NCBI GenBank assembly: GCA_963805625.1
Contig: CAWDVE010000014.1
Span: 96,001 to 160,000, forward strand
Length of the DNA: 64,000 nucleotides
DNA from: an uncultured Candidatus Rokubacteria bacterium
Lineage (GTDB): Bacteria; Methylomirabilota; Methylomirabilia; Rokubacteriales; DASRDR01
Direction of reading: 5' to 3'
The first letter of the stretch is position 1. Each line of letters begins with the position of its first letter. The notes beneath the pieces are model-generated. The model saw nothing but the letters and a program-made list of their open reading frames with translations, was not told the origin of the DNA and did not search any database. This document shows, in pieces, positions 38,411-46,769 of this stretch. Both the position numbers and the translations under genes were made by a program.

Positions 38411-38822
38411 CGCGAAAGTCCGCGACTGGATGCATCTGGGGGTGATCACGTGCTCGCCCGACACCCCGGCGGAAGAGGTCGCCGGCACCATGGCCGCCCA
38501 CGACGTCAGCGCGCTCGTGGTGGTCGACGCGGACGGCTACGCGGTGGGGCTGATCTCGCGCACGGACTTGGTCAATGCGACGTTCGTCCAGCCGTACCTG
38601 CGCCACTGGCGGGGCCTGAGCGCCCGCCACCTCATGTCGTCGCCCGTGATCAGCGTCCCCGAGGACACGCCTGTCGAGAGGGCGCTCGCGCTCATCCGTG
38701 AGCGGAAGATCCACCGGGTCGTCGTTACCGTCGCCGAGGGAGGCCGGGAGCGGCCGATCGGCATCCTGTCGGTCACCGACGTCGTCGGCCACCTCGGCCG
38801 GATCGAGGAGGCGCAGGCATGA
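38403..38822 (+). CDS. CBS-pair protein
   Basis: VRDWMHLGVITCSPDT..GLISRTDL..LMSSPVISV..IGILSVTDV; overlaps both neighbours. Confidence 0.88.
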   Translation: MDDAKVRDWMHLGVITCSPDTPAEEVAGTMAAHDVSALVVVDADGYAVGLISRTDLVNATFVQPYLRHWRGLSARHLMSSPVISVPEDTPVERALALIRERKIHRVVVTVAEGGRERPIGILSVTDVVGHLGRIEEAQA

Positions 38823-40498
38823 CCGAGGCACTCGCGTTCTCCCCGTTCGAGGAAAGCGCTCCCATCGAGGATCTCGGGACCAAGCAGCCCGGTACCTCGA
38901 AGGAGGCCCACGAGATCCAGTTCGTGCCTGCAGGTGTACTGGCGCTGGACGTCGAGGCGTACGTCGACGATTTCAACGCGCGGGTCATCGGCGCCTACGA
39001 GAAGGGCGCGGGCTCCCAGGATCTGCCGGCCGACGTGGGCGTCGCCCGGAGTCTCATCCCCGCCGGCACGGCCGCGCTCCGTGACTTCTCCTACCTGTCG
39101 CCGCTCCTCCCCGAGCTCCTGGCCGACCACTGCGTCGGATGCATGACATGCGTGACCGAGTGCCCGGACACGGCCATCCTGGGCAAGGCCGTCCCCGCCT
39201 CCCGCCTCGACGCCGAGCTCTCGCGGGTCGCTGACGACGCCGAGCGCGCCTTCCTCCGCGACCAGTGGGCCAAGACGCGGAAGTACTTCGAGGTGCCGGC
39301 GCGGAAGGGGCTCGAGGGCGCGATGTTCGGCATCTTCATCGATCCGACCAAGTGCAAAGGGTGTGCGGAGTGCGTCGAGGTCTGTGCGGACCTGGGCTAC
39401 CACGCGCTCCGCATGGTTCCGAAGGGCGAGGAGACCCTCGGCCGGTACCGTGAAGCCTTCCAGTTCTATCGGCGGGTCGGTCCGACGCCCAAGGAGTACG
39501 TGAACGAGAAGGCGCTTGCCGACATGATGCTGACGGACCAGTCGCTGCTCTACGTCGGCGGCGCGGGCTCGTGCATGGGCTGCGGCGAGGGCACCGCCAT
39601 TCGCATGATGGTCGCCGCCACCGCCTTCACTCACGGGCCGGAGGGCATGGCCATCGTCGCCGCGACCGGCTGCAACACCGTGTACACCTCCACGTATCCC
39701 TATAATCCCTACCTGGTTCCCTGGACCAACTCCCTCTTCGAGAACGCCCCCGCGGTCGCGCTGGGCGTCCGCGCCAAGTGGGACCAGCGCGGCTGGCAGG
39801 AGAAGCGGCTGTGGGTCTTGGGCGGTGACGGGGCCATGTACGACATCGGCTTCCAGTCGCTTTCGCGGATGCTCGCGTCGGGGATGGACATCAAGGTCCT
39901 GGTCCTGGACACGCAGGTGTACTCGAACACGGGCGGCCAGGTGTCCACCGCCTCCTTCCTCGCGCAGGATGCCAAGATGGCCGCGGTCGGCCCCGCAACA
40001 CCCGGCAAGACCGAGCGCCGGAAGGAGCTCGGGCTCCTCTGCCTCGCGCACCCCGAGGTCTTCGTGGCGCAGACGACAGCCGCTCACATCAACCACTTCT
40101 ACCGCGCCGTCATTGATGCCAACAGCTACCCCGGTCCGGCGGTCGTCATCGCCTACACCACGTGCCAGCCCGAGCATGGCGTGGGCGACGATCGGGCCTC
40201 GGCGCAGGCTCGGCTCGCCGTCGACTCGCGCGCCTTCCCGCTCTTCGTGCACGACCCCCGGAAGGGCGAGCGGATCGCCGAGCGGCTGTCGCTCCAGGGC
40301 AATCCCGACCCGAAAGAGGATTGGCACCGCCACCCGCAGACCGGGGAAGTGGTGGACTTCGTTACCTTCGCCCGCACCGAGGGCCGCTTCGCGCGGCAGT
40401 TTGATGCCGAGGGGCGTCCCTCCCCGGCGCTCTTCGCCGCCCAGGCCGACCGCTTGGCCAACTGGCGCCGGCTCCAGGAGCTGTCCGGACTCCGCTGA
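38819..40498 (+). CDS. 2-oxoacid:ferredoxin oxidoreductase C-terminal half (ferredoxin + TPP-binding)
   Basis: CVGCMTCVTECP, CKGCAECVEVC, SCMGCGE, AATGC, GGDGAMYDIG, YSNTGGQ. Confidence 0.9.
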   Translation: MTEALAFSPFEESAPIEDLGTKQPGTSKEAHEIQFVPAGVLALDVEAYVDDFNARVIGAYEKGAGSQDLPADVGVARSLIPAGTAALRDFSYLSPLLPELLADHCVGCMTCVTECPDTAILGKAVPASRLDAELSRVADDAERAFLRDQWAKTRKYFEVPARKGLEGAMFGIFIDPTKCKGCAECVEVCADLGYHALRMVPKGEETLGRYREAFQFYRRVGPTPKEYVNEKALADMMLTDQSLLYVGGAGSCMGCGEGTAIRMMVAATAFTHGPEGMAIVAATGCNTVYTSTYPYNPYLVPWTNSLFENAPAVALGVRAKWDQRGWQEKRLWVLGGDGAMYDIGFQSLSRMLASGMDIKVLVLDTQVYSNTGGQVSTASFLAQDAKMAAVGPATPGKTERRKELGLLCLAHPEVFVAQTTAAHINHFYRAVIDANSYPGPAVVIAYTTCQPEHGVGDDRASAQARLAVDSRAFPLFVHDPRKGERIAERLSLQGNPDPKEDWHRHPQTGEVVDFVTFARTEGRFARQFDAEGRPSPALFAAQADRLANWRRLQELSGLR

Positions 40499-40530
40499 TA
40501 AGCCCGACAGAGGTGAGGAGGAACGGTCCC

Positions 40531-40776
40531 ATGGCCATGTCGAACGACTTCGACGATCCCGGATGCTGCCCGTTCCTGGTCCCCGTCGTCGCGGATCGGC
40601 TTTGGATGCGCCCGATCGGGGTGTACTGTCGGCGGCCGGGGCGGCGGGTGCGGATCCCAGCCGCGTCGACCCTGACGCGTTGCTGCACCGCGCAGTATCG
40701 CCTGTGTGAAGGCTACTCGGAGATGTGGGCCGACAGCCTGACCGAGGAGAACACGCACAGGCTTCTCGGCCGCTGA
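40531..40776 (+). CDS. Small Cys-rich hypothetical protein
   Basis: GAGGAGG RBS; CCPFL..YCRRP..RCC..LC; sits within the operon. Confidence 0.65.
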   Translation: MAMSNDFDDPGCCPFLVPVVADRLWMRPIGVYCRRPGRRVRIPAASTLTRCCTAQYRLCEGYSEMWADSLTEENTHRLLGR

Positions 40777-40784
40777 CCGCCCCG

Positions 40785-41900
40785 ATGAGCGCCGACGGGC
40801 AGCCTGGGGGGCTGATCTTCGACGAGGCACCGCTCCGGGTCTACTGGGAGTTGACCCGGGCGTGTGATCTCGCCTGTCGGCACTGTCGCGCCGAGGCGAT
40901 CGCCCGGCGCGATCCCCGCGAGCTGACCTTGACCGAGGGACGCCAGCTGCTCGACGCGCTACGAGCGACCGCCACGCCTCCGCGCGTAGTGCTAACGGGA
41001 GGCGATCCGTTGAAGCGGCCCGACTTCTGGACGCTCCTCGAGCACGGGGTGGGGATCGGTCTTGGCGTCTCGGTCGCACCCAGTGCCACGCCGGCCCTCA
41101 CCACCGAGGTCGTCCGCCAGCTCCGGCGCGCGGGCATTGAAGCCATGTCGCTTAGCCTGGACGGCTCCGACGCCGCTCGGCACGACGGATTCCGCGGCGT
41201 GTCGGGCTGCTTCGCCCGGACGATGACGGCCATCCGAACGGCCGTCGAGGAAGGCATCCCGCTCCAGGTGAACACGCTCGCGACGGCCGAGACCCTCCCC
41301 GACCTCCCGGCCATCGCGGACCTGGTTGACGGGACGGGGGCCGCACGATGGAGCCTCTTCTTCCTCGTCCAGGTCGGCCGCGGCCGGACGCTCGACCAGC
41401 TGTCGCCCCGCGCGTGCGAGGCCCTTCTTGCCTGGCTCTGGCGGCGGGCGCAGCAGACCTCGCTCGTCGTCACGACGACCGAGGCTCCTCACTACCGGCG
41501 CGTGGCCCTCCAGCAGGCACGCGCGAAAGGGGCAGGCGGTCCCGAACCCCGAGTCGGTCCGACCCGACGGTCCGGCCTCGGCCTGCGCGACGGCAATGGG
41601 ATCATGTTCATCTCGCATACCGGGGAGGTCCAGCCGTCGGGCTTCCTCCCACTCACCGAGGGGAACGTGCGCACATCGAGCCCCCTCGATGTCTATCGGC
41701 AGAGCCCTGTCTTCCGGAGGCTCCGAGAGCCCGGACGTTTCGGCGGCCGGTGCGGCCGCTGCGAGTATCGGCAGATCTGTGGAGGCTCGCGGGCACGCGC
41801 CCACGCGGCCAGCGGCGATCCACTCGGGGAGGACCCGCTCTGCGCCTACGAGCCCGGCGTCCCCGACAAACCGCCGAGGGAGAGGTCAGCATGGGCATAG
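40785..41900 (+). CDS. Second TIGR04053-type radical SAM/SPASM protein (AhbD/NirJ-like)
   Basis: YWELTRACDLACRHC; TTEAPHYRR; PSGFLP..CGRCEYRQICGGSRARA..DPLC. Confidence 0.88.
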   Translation: MSADGQPGGLIFDEAPLRVYWELTRACDLACRHCRAEAIARRDPRELTLTEGRQLLDALRATATPPRVVLTGGDPLKRPDFWTLLEHGVGIGLGVSVAPSATPALTTEVVRQLRRAGIEAMSLSLDGSDAARHDGFRGVSGCFARTMTAIRTAVEEGIPLQVNTLATAETLPDLPAIADLVDGTGAARWSLFFLVQVGRGRTLDQLSPRACEALLAWLWRRAQQTSLVVTTTEAPHYRRVALQQARAKGAGGPEPRVGPTRRSGLGLRDGNGIMFISHTGEVQPSGFLPLTEGNVRTSSPLDVYRQSPVFRRLREPGRFGGRCGRCEYRQICGGSRARAHAASGDPLGEDPLCAYEPGVPDKPPRERSAWA

Positions 41901-42553
41901 CGCGTTTCGATCTCCAGGAGGCGACGATCGACCTTGACCGTCTCCTCACCAACACAGCGGACGGGGTGTGCGCCATCGGCGTCGATGGACGGATCGTGTT
42001 CTGGAACCGATCGGCGGAGCGCCTCCTCGGCTACACGGCCCGCGAGGTCGCCGGAAAGCCCTGCTGTGACGTCTTCGTTGGCCGCGACCCGGCCGGCAAT
42101 CGCCTCTGCTACCAGGGCTGCCACGTGCAGACGCTGGTGAAGCGGGGGGATGCCGTCGAGCACTTCGAGATGGCGACGCGCACGAAGGCCGGCCGACCCG
42201 TGTGGCTCGACATCAGCATCCTCGCCGTGCCCGGCACGCGGCGCGACGCGACGACGACCGTTCATCTCTTCCGCGACGTCACGACCGCGCACGAGGTGGA
42301 AACGCTCGTACGGGAGCGTCTCGCCCAGATGCGGCCCTCGTCCGACGACGACCAGCCGCCCTCGGATCTCACTCCCCGCGAGGTCACGATCCTGCGGTTG
42401 ATCGCCGGCGGTGCCAGCACGCGGGCCATGGCGGAGAAGCTCCACGTGAGCCCCGTCACCATCCGGAACCACGTCCAGCACATCCTGGGGAAGCTCGGCC
42501 TCCACAGCCGGCTCGAGGCAGCCGCCTACGCGACCCGCCGCGGGCTCGTCTGA
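41891..42553 (+). CDS. PAS-LuxR transcriptional regulator
   Basis: IVFWNRSAERLLGY PAS; LTPREVTILRLIAGG..TIRNHVQHILGKLG HTH. Confidence 0.9.
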   Translation: MGIARFDLQEATIDLDRLLTNTADGVCAIGVDGRIVFWNRSAERLLGYTAREVAGKPCCDVFVGRDPAGNRLCYQGCHVQTLVKRGDAVEHFEMATRTKAGRPVWLDISILAVPGTRRDATTTVHLFRDVTTAHEVETLVRERLAQMRPSSDDDQPPSDLTPREVTILRLIAGGASTRAMAEKLHVSPVTIRNHVQHILGKLGLHSRLEAAAYATRRGLV

Positions 42554-42737
42554 TACGTCGCGCGGGCCGCGCGGGGTGCCCCCGGGCGCCTCCTCGAGGC
42601 AGGCCGAATGACTGGGGCGTCGACGCCTCCGCAGGGAAGCGCTGCCGCGGTCCTCGTGGCGGAGAGGGCAAATGCCCTGACACGATGCCTTTGCACGCGA
42701 CTTCACGCGGATCATCGCGGTCGCCGGAGGTGGTCCC

Positions 42738-43121
42738 ATGAAAGCAATCCTCGCGCTCATCCTGACGGTGGCACTCGGCGCTCTGGCGATCGTGTATGCC
42801 CAGCCGGGGCCGATGCCCGGCGCGGGCCGCATGGGCCCGGGCATGATGATGGGGATGCACCAGCAGATGATGGGCATCATGCAGCAGATGGGCGGCATGA
42901 TGCAGCAGATGGGTGAGATGATGGCCGGTGGCGGGGAGATGTCGCCCGAGCGGATGAAGCAGATGGGCGAGGCGATGAAGCAGATGGGCAGCATGATGGG
43001 TAGCATGGGCGTGCGGGGCGGCTCGATGGGCCCGATGGCCATGCCCGAGATGTCGAAGATGATGGAGCAGATGGCCGAGATGCAGAAGCGCATGTCGGAC
43101 ATGATGGGCACGCCGAAGTGA
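42738..43121 (+). CDS. Exported methionine-rich protein
   Basis: GGAGG RBS; Sec signal ending VYA-Q; 35 Met in 127 aa; repeated MQQMG/MKQMG units. Confidence 0.85.
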   Translation: MKAILALILTVALGALAIVYAQPGPMPGAGRMGPGMMMGMHQQMMGIMQQMGGMMQQMGEMMAGGGEMSPERMKQMGEAMKQMGSMMGSMGVRGGSMGPMAMPEMSKMMEQMAEMQKRMSDMMGTPK

Positions 43122-43123
43122 AG

Positions 43124-43154
43124 TGACGGCCGGTCGCTGCCCGGCCGGCCGTCA
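43124..43154. terminator. GC-rich hairpin between convergent genes
   Basis: TGACGGCCGG...CCGGCCGTCA 10-bp stem just after the stop at 43121; no U tract. Confidence 0.4.
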
Positions 43155-43202
43155 GAGCGATGTCGCCCAGGCGAGAAGGACCTTACCCTTCGCCTACGCG
43201 AC

Positions 43203-43280
43203 CTATCGCGCCACGCGGTTCAGGTAGGCCGCCCGAACCCGCGGGTCCCGCTTGAGTTCGTCCGCCCTCACCTCCGGCAC
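43203..43280 (-). pseudogene. LivF-type ABC ATPase C-terminal remnant
   Basis: RADELKRDPRVRAAYL followed by a stop; no upstream body. Confidence 0.5.
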
Positions 43281-43336
43281 CACGCGTGGGCGTCCTACCG
43301 GGTGCCGCCGTGCGGGACGGCGTCTCCCCGGCCGGC

Positions 43337-44188
43337 TCAGAGGCGGAAAAGCTCCACCGCGTTGTCGCGGATGAGCTTTCGCTTGGCTTCGGGCTTGAGC
43401 CCGAGCTGCTCGACCTGATCCAGGCTCTCTTTCCAGGGTAGCCCGTTCGTCCCCCAGAGGCACCGGTCCTGGCCCATCCGGCTCCCGATGAACTGGATGA
43501 CCTCGGGCTTGAGGTACTTCGGCATCCAGGCATCGATGCCGAGCCAGACGTTCTCCCACTTGTAGCAGACGGAGATCAGCTCCTCGACCCAGGGCCAGCC
43601 CGTATGCGCGCCGATCATCTTGAGGTCCGGAAAGTCGCAGGCGATCCGGTCGAGGTACATCGGGCGCGCGTGCTCGCTCGGCATCGCCTCGAGCACGTGC
43701 CCTACCTGCATGGACACGGGCACGTTCAGCTCGACACACTTGGCGAACAGTGGGTACATCTTCGGATCGTGGAGCGGAATGTCGAACCCGAAGATGTGCA
43801 CGTACACGCCCTTGAATCCGTGCTCGCGCACGGCGACCTCGATCTCCCGCAGGCTGTCCTTGATCCGGAAAGGATTGTAGCCGGCCAGCCCGACGAAGCG
43901 GCCGGGGTATGCCCGCGTGTACTGGGTCACTTCCTCGAGCGTGGTGTCCATGTACATCCATTTGTTCCAGTGCGACCACATCTTGGTCTGCGTGACGAAC
44001 ACCCGTTCGACGTTGGCCTCATCCATTTTCTGGACCATGGCACTGATCGAGTCAAACGAGGGCAGGCCTCCGATCGCGCGCTCCATGCGGCAGATCAGCT
44101 CGCCCTTCTTGGCGTCGTTCCACTTGGCGATGAATTCCGGAGTGGCGACATAGTACATGAAGTCGATCGCCGGGACGTTCTGGGCCAT
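43337..44188 (-). CDS. Amidohydrolase_2 family protein
   Basis: YPGRFVGLAG, MYPLFAKCVELNVPV, IGAHTGWPW, LWGTNG. Confidence 0.88.
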   Translation of the reverse strand: MAQNVPAIDFMYYVATPEFIAKWNDAKKGELICRMERAIGGLPSFDSISAMVQKMDEANVERVFVTQTKMWSHWNKWMYMDTTLEEVTQYTRAYPGRFVGLAGYNPFRIKDSLREIEVAVREHGFKGVYVHIFGFDIPLHDPKMYPLFAKCVELNVPVSMQVGHVLEAMPSEHARPMYLDRIACDFPDLKMIGAHTGWPWVEELISVCYKWENVWLGIDAWMPKYLKPEVIQFIGSRMGQDRCLWGTNGLPWKESLDQVEQLGLKPEAKRKLIRDNAVELFRL

Positions 44189-44301
44189 CGGGAGCTCCTC
44201 TCCGCTCGACTGGTTGTCCGGCCAAGACCGGGATTCGAGGCAGGGCCAGGGCATATGCACCTCCTGCCCCGGGGTCGGGCCCGCCGCCCCGGCCCCGGCG
44301 G

Positions 44302-44519
44302 TCAGCACATCGTCAATCCGCCGCTCACCGATAGCGTCTGGCCGGTGACGAAGTCCGATCCGGGCGAGGCGAAGAAGGCAACCGCCGCCGCGATCTCCTC
44401 GGGCGTGGCCACCCGGCCGAACGGGGTCGCGCGGGTCACGGCCTCGAGGATCTTCTCCATCTTCGGGGATTGATCCCGGAGGGACTGTAGCAGCGGCGTC
44501 TCGGTGAGCCGAGCTTCAA
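44302..44519 (-). pseudogene. Internally deleted SDR (BadH-like C-terminus)
   Basis: AAGGAGG + TTG AAG CTC start joined out of frame to LTETPLL...PFGRVATPEEIAAAVAFFAS..FVTGQTLSVSGGLTM. Confidence 0.78.
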
Positions 44520-44531
44520 GGGGACCTCCTT

Positions 44532-45323
44532 TCAGCGGTCCTTCCATACCGGCGAGCGCTTCTGAAGGAAGGCACGCAACCCTTCCTCGGCATCCTCGGT
44601 CTGCATGAGCTGCCAGAGGTAGATCTCCTCCAGCTCCGAGAGCGCCGCGTCGAATCGGTCACCCTGCCCTCGCCGTACCGCCTGCTTGGTGAGTCGCAGG
44701 ATCGCCGCACTCTTGTCGGTGAAGGCAGCGATGGCCGCCGACACCGCGGACTCAAAGTCGCTGGCCGGCACGACCCGGTCTACCAAGCCGATCCGCTCCG
44801 CAGCCCGCGCCGGGAGCGTCTCGCCGGAGAGCAGGAGCTGGATGGTCCGTGGGATGCCGATCCGCGCCGGGTAGTGGACGGCCGCGATCGGTGGGAACAC
44901 GCCCACCTTGATCTCGGGCTGCCCAAAGGTGGCACTCTCGCTCGCGATCACGAGGTCGCAGAACGCGGCCAGCTCCGCCCCGCCGCCAAGCGCCGGCCCC
45001 TGGACCGCCGCCACCGTCGCGCACTCCAGTGCGTTGATAATCCGGAAGGCCCGGTGGAAGGCCGCCAACATGGGTCGGGCCCGGTCGCCGAGATGGTCCT
45101 CGACGGCCACTCCCGCACAGAACGCCCGACCCTCGGCGGCAAGAAGCAGCACCTTCACTTCCGCGCGGCGACCGACCTCTTCGAGCGCGGTGTCGAGCTC
45201 CTCGATGGCGTCGAGCGTGAGGATATTGAGCGGCGGCCGCGCCAGCGTGACGCGCGCCACGCTCTCGTCGAAGGTCAGCCGGATCGCGTGGTCTTCCACG
45301 GCGCTCTCGTGTCGGCCCAGCAT
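44532..45323 (-). CDS. dch: Cyclohexa-1,5-diene-1-carbonyl-CoA hydratase (crotonase family)
   Basis: LARPPLNIL, FCAGVAVEDH, GQPEIKVGVFPP, LEEIYL.QLMQTEDAEEGL.AFL.KR; adjacent to bcr genes. Confidence 0.8.
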   Translation of the reverse strand: MLGRHESAVEDHAIRLTFDESVARVTLARPPLNILTLDAIEELDTALEEVGRRAEVKVLLLAAEGRAFCAGVAVEDHLGDRARPMLAAFHRAFRIINALECATVAAVQGPALGGGAELAAFCDLVIASESATFGQPEIKVGVFPPIAAVHYPARIGIPRTIQLLLSGETLPARAAERIGLVDRVVPASDFESAVSAAIAAFTDKSAAILRLTKQAVRRGQGDRFDAALSELEEIYLWQLMQTEDAEEGLRAFLQKRSPVWKDR

Positions 45324-45347
45324 CGAGCCATCACCTCGCAAGCGGGG

Positions 45348-45363
45348 TATGACCCCTGTCATA
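45348..45363. promoter_or_regulatory. Third copy of the TATGAC-N4-GTCATA operator, upstream of dch
   Basis: TATGAC-CCCT-GTCATA; no clear -10 at the expected spacing. Confidence 0.55.
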
Positions 45364-45431
45364 GAAGGACAAGGCCGCGGCTTCCGGCCGCTGCCGGCCA
45401 GCCCGGATACAGCGCGCCAGTGACCGCGCAG

Positions 45432-45743
45432 CTACCGGAGAGGCTCTAGCCGGGGAGCTTCCGCGTCGCTCGAGATCTCCGGGAGGTCGCAGCAGCGTTG
45501 CGCGCATCCAGCGCGCAGCGGCCAGAGCGTACAGCCCCGGATCCGCAGGAGCGGCCGGCTCAAAGCGGCCGTCCACGCCGCATGCCCCGCATCGACCGCG
45601 ACGGCGGCCGGCAGGTGGGTTTCCGGGCAGCGTAGCCACCGCGGCGCCCGGAAACGCAGGTACACGCTCCCCGCGACGGGGACCAGGACGAATACAAACG
45701 CGACCACCGCGAGTCCCGCCAGGACCGCCCAGGGGTCTGTCAT
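45432..45743 (-). CDS. Small membrane-anchored Cys-motif protein
   Basis: AAGGAGG RBS; N-terminal TM; CPET..GCTLWP..GCAQRCC. Confidence 0.75.
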   Translation of the reverse strand: MTDPWAVLAGLAVVAFVFVLVPVAGSVYLRFRAPRWLRCPETHLPAAVAVDAGHAAWTAALSRPLLRIRGCTLWPLRAGCAQRCCDLPEISSDAEAPRLEPLR

Positions 45744-45866
45744 GGTCTCCTCCTTCCGGCTGCATTGCTGGCCCGACCGAGCGCCGGGCTCCGGGCACCG
45801 CGAGCGTCCCGGGCGAGACCCCTCGAATCGTCGGCCACATTCGAGCGCCCCGAGCCGGCGAAGTCC

Positions 45867-45957
45867 ATGAGGCGATCGCCTCATTTGCCTGAACCCGGCG
45901 ACCCAGAAAACCCCCCGGATGCGGCGAACCAAGCTCCGACCTGATGCGATCGCGTCA
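45867..45957. promoter_or_regulatory. Pair of related palindromes in the divergent intergenic region
   Basis: ATGAGGCGATCGCCTCAT (45867-45884, perfect) and TGATGCGATCGCGTCA (45942-45957). Confidence 0.6.
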
Positions 45958-46049
45958 CGGAAATGAAGCGCTTGCCGGATTCCCGACGTCCCGGTGAACA
46001 GCTTACCGTCAGGCCAGACGATCGACTGTTCGGTGGGAGGTTCGGGCCG

Positions 46050-46694
46050 ATGATCGGAGCACGGTACGAGGGCATCCTGGAGGCGGCGTGCGACGTCATC
46101 GCGCGCCGTGGCTTCCAGCAGGCCTCAATCCGCGAGATCGCCAACGCCTCCGGCCTCTCGCTGGCCGGCCTGTACCACTATGTCGGTGGGAAAGACGAGC
46201 TACTGTTCCTGGTCCTGGACCGTGCCCTCGACCGGCTGCTCGCCGCACTCGAGGCCGCGTGCCGCGGGACGAGCACTCCCGGGGAGCGTCTTCACGCGCT
46301 GGTCGAGACCCATCTCGACTTCGCCTCGCGCGACCCGCACGCGCTCAAGATCGTCAACCGAGACTACGACCTGCTCGGCGAGCCGCACCGCTCAGAGGTC
46401 GCCGCCAAGCGGCAGGAGTACCTCCGTCGCGGGCTCGCGGTCCTGCGCGAGCTCGACCCGCACGAGCGCTCGGAAGAGGAGCTGTTCTCGGCGACGAACC
46501 TTCTCCTGGGCATGCTGAACGGCATCGGGACCCGACCGTTCGTCCGCTCCGGCCAGAGTGTCCGGACGCTCGCGAACGAGGTCACGAGCCTCTTCCTTCA
46601 CGGCTTTCTCGATAGAGGCACGGGGAGCTCGGGCCATGATCCGGAGCCTGTGGAGATGGCTGCAGGGCCAGATGGTACGGGGCGTGCCGGATAG
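46050..46694 (+). CDS. TetR-family regulator (KstR2-like C-terminus)
   Basis: ILEAACDVIARRGFQQASIREIANASGLSLAGLYHYVGGKDELL. Confidence 0.92.
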   Translation: MIGARYEGILEAACDVIARRGFQQASIREIANASGLSLAGLYHYVGGKDELLFLVLDRALDRLLAALEAACRGTSTPGERLHALVETHLDFASRDPHALKIVNRDYDLLGEPHRSEVAAKRQEYLRRGLAVLRELDPHERSEEELFSATNLLLGMLNGIGTRPFVRSGQSVRTLANEVTSLFLHGFLDRGTGSSGHDPEPVEMAAGPDGTGRAG

Positions 46695-46769
46695 CTTCGC
46701 TACGGCAGTGGACGCCTTGGCCTGCATGCCTGGACTCGGGGCCGGTAGGCCGGGGGATAGGGGAAGAGC

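Noticed and set aside
40531-41900. RiPP system (Cys-rich peptide plus SPASM enzyme)
   Set aside because: The enzyme resembles the heme-related TIGR04053 group and lacks an RRE domain; no protease or exporter nearby
42820-43110. CRISPR or VNTR suggested by repeated atgcagcagatgggc units
   Set aside because: Repeats are degenerate, in frame and encode the Met-rich protein; no spacers or cas genes
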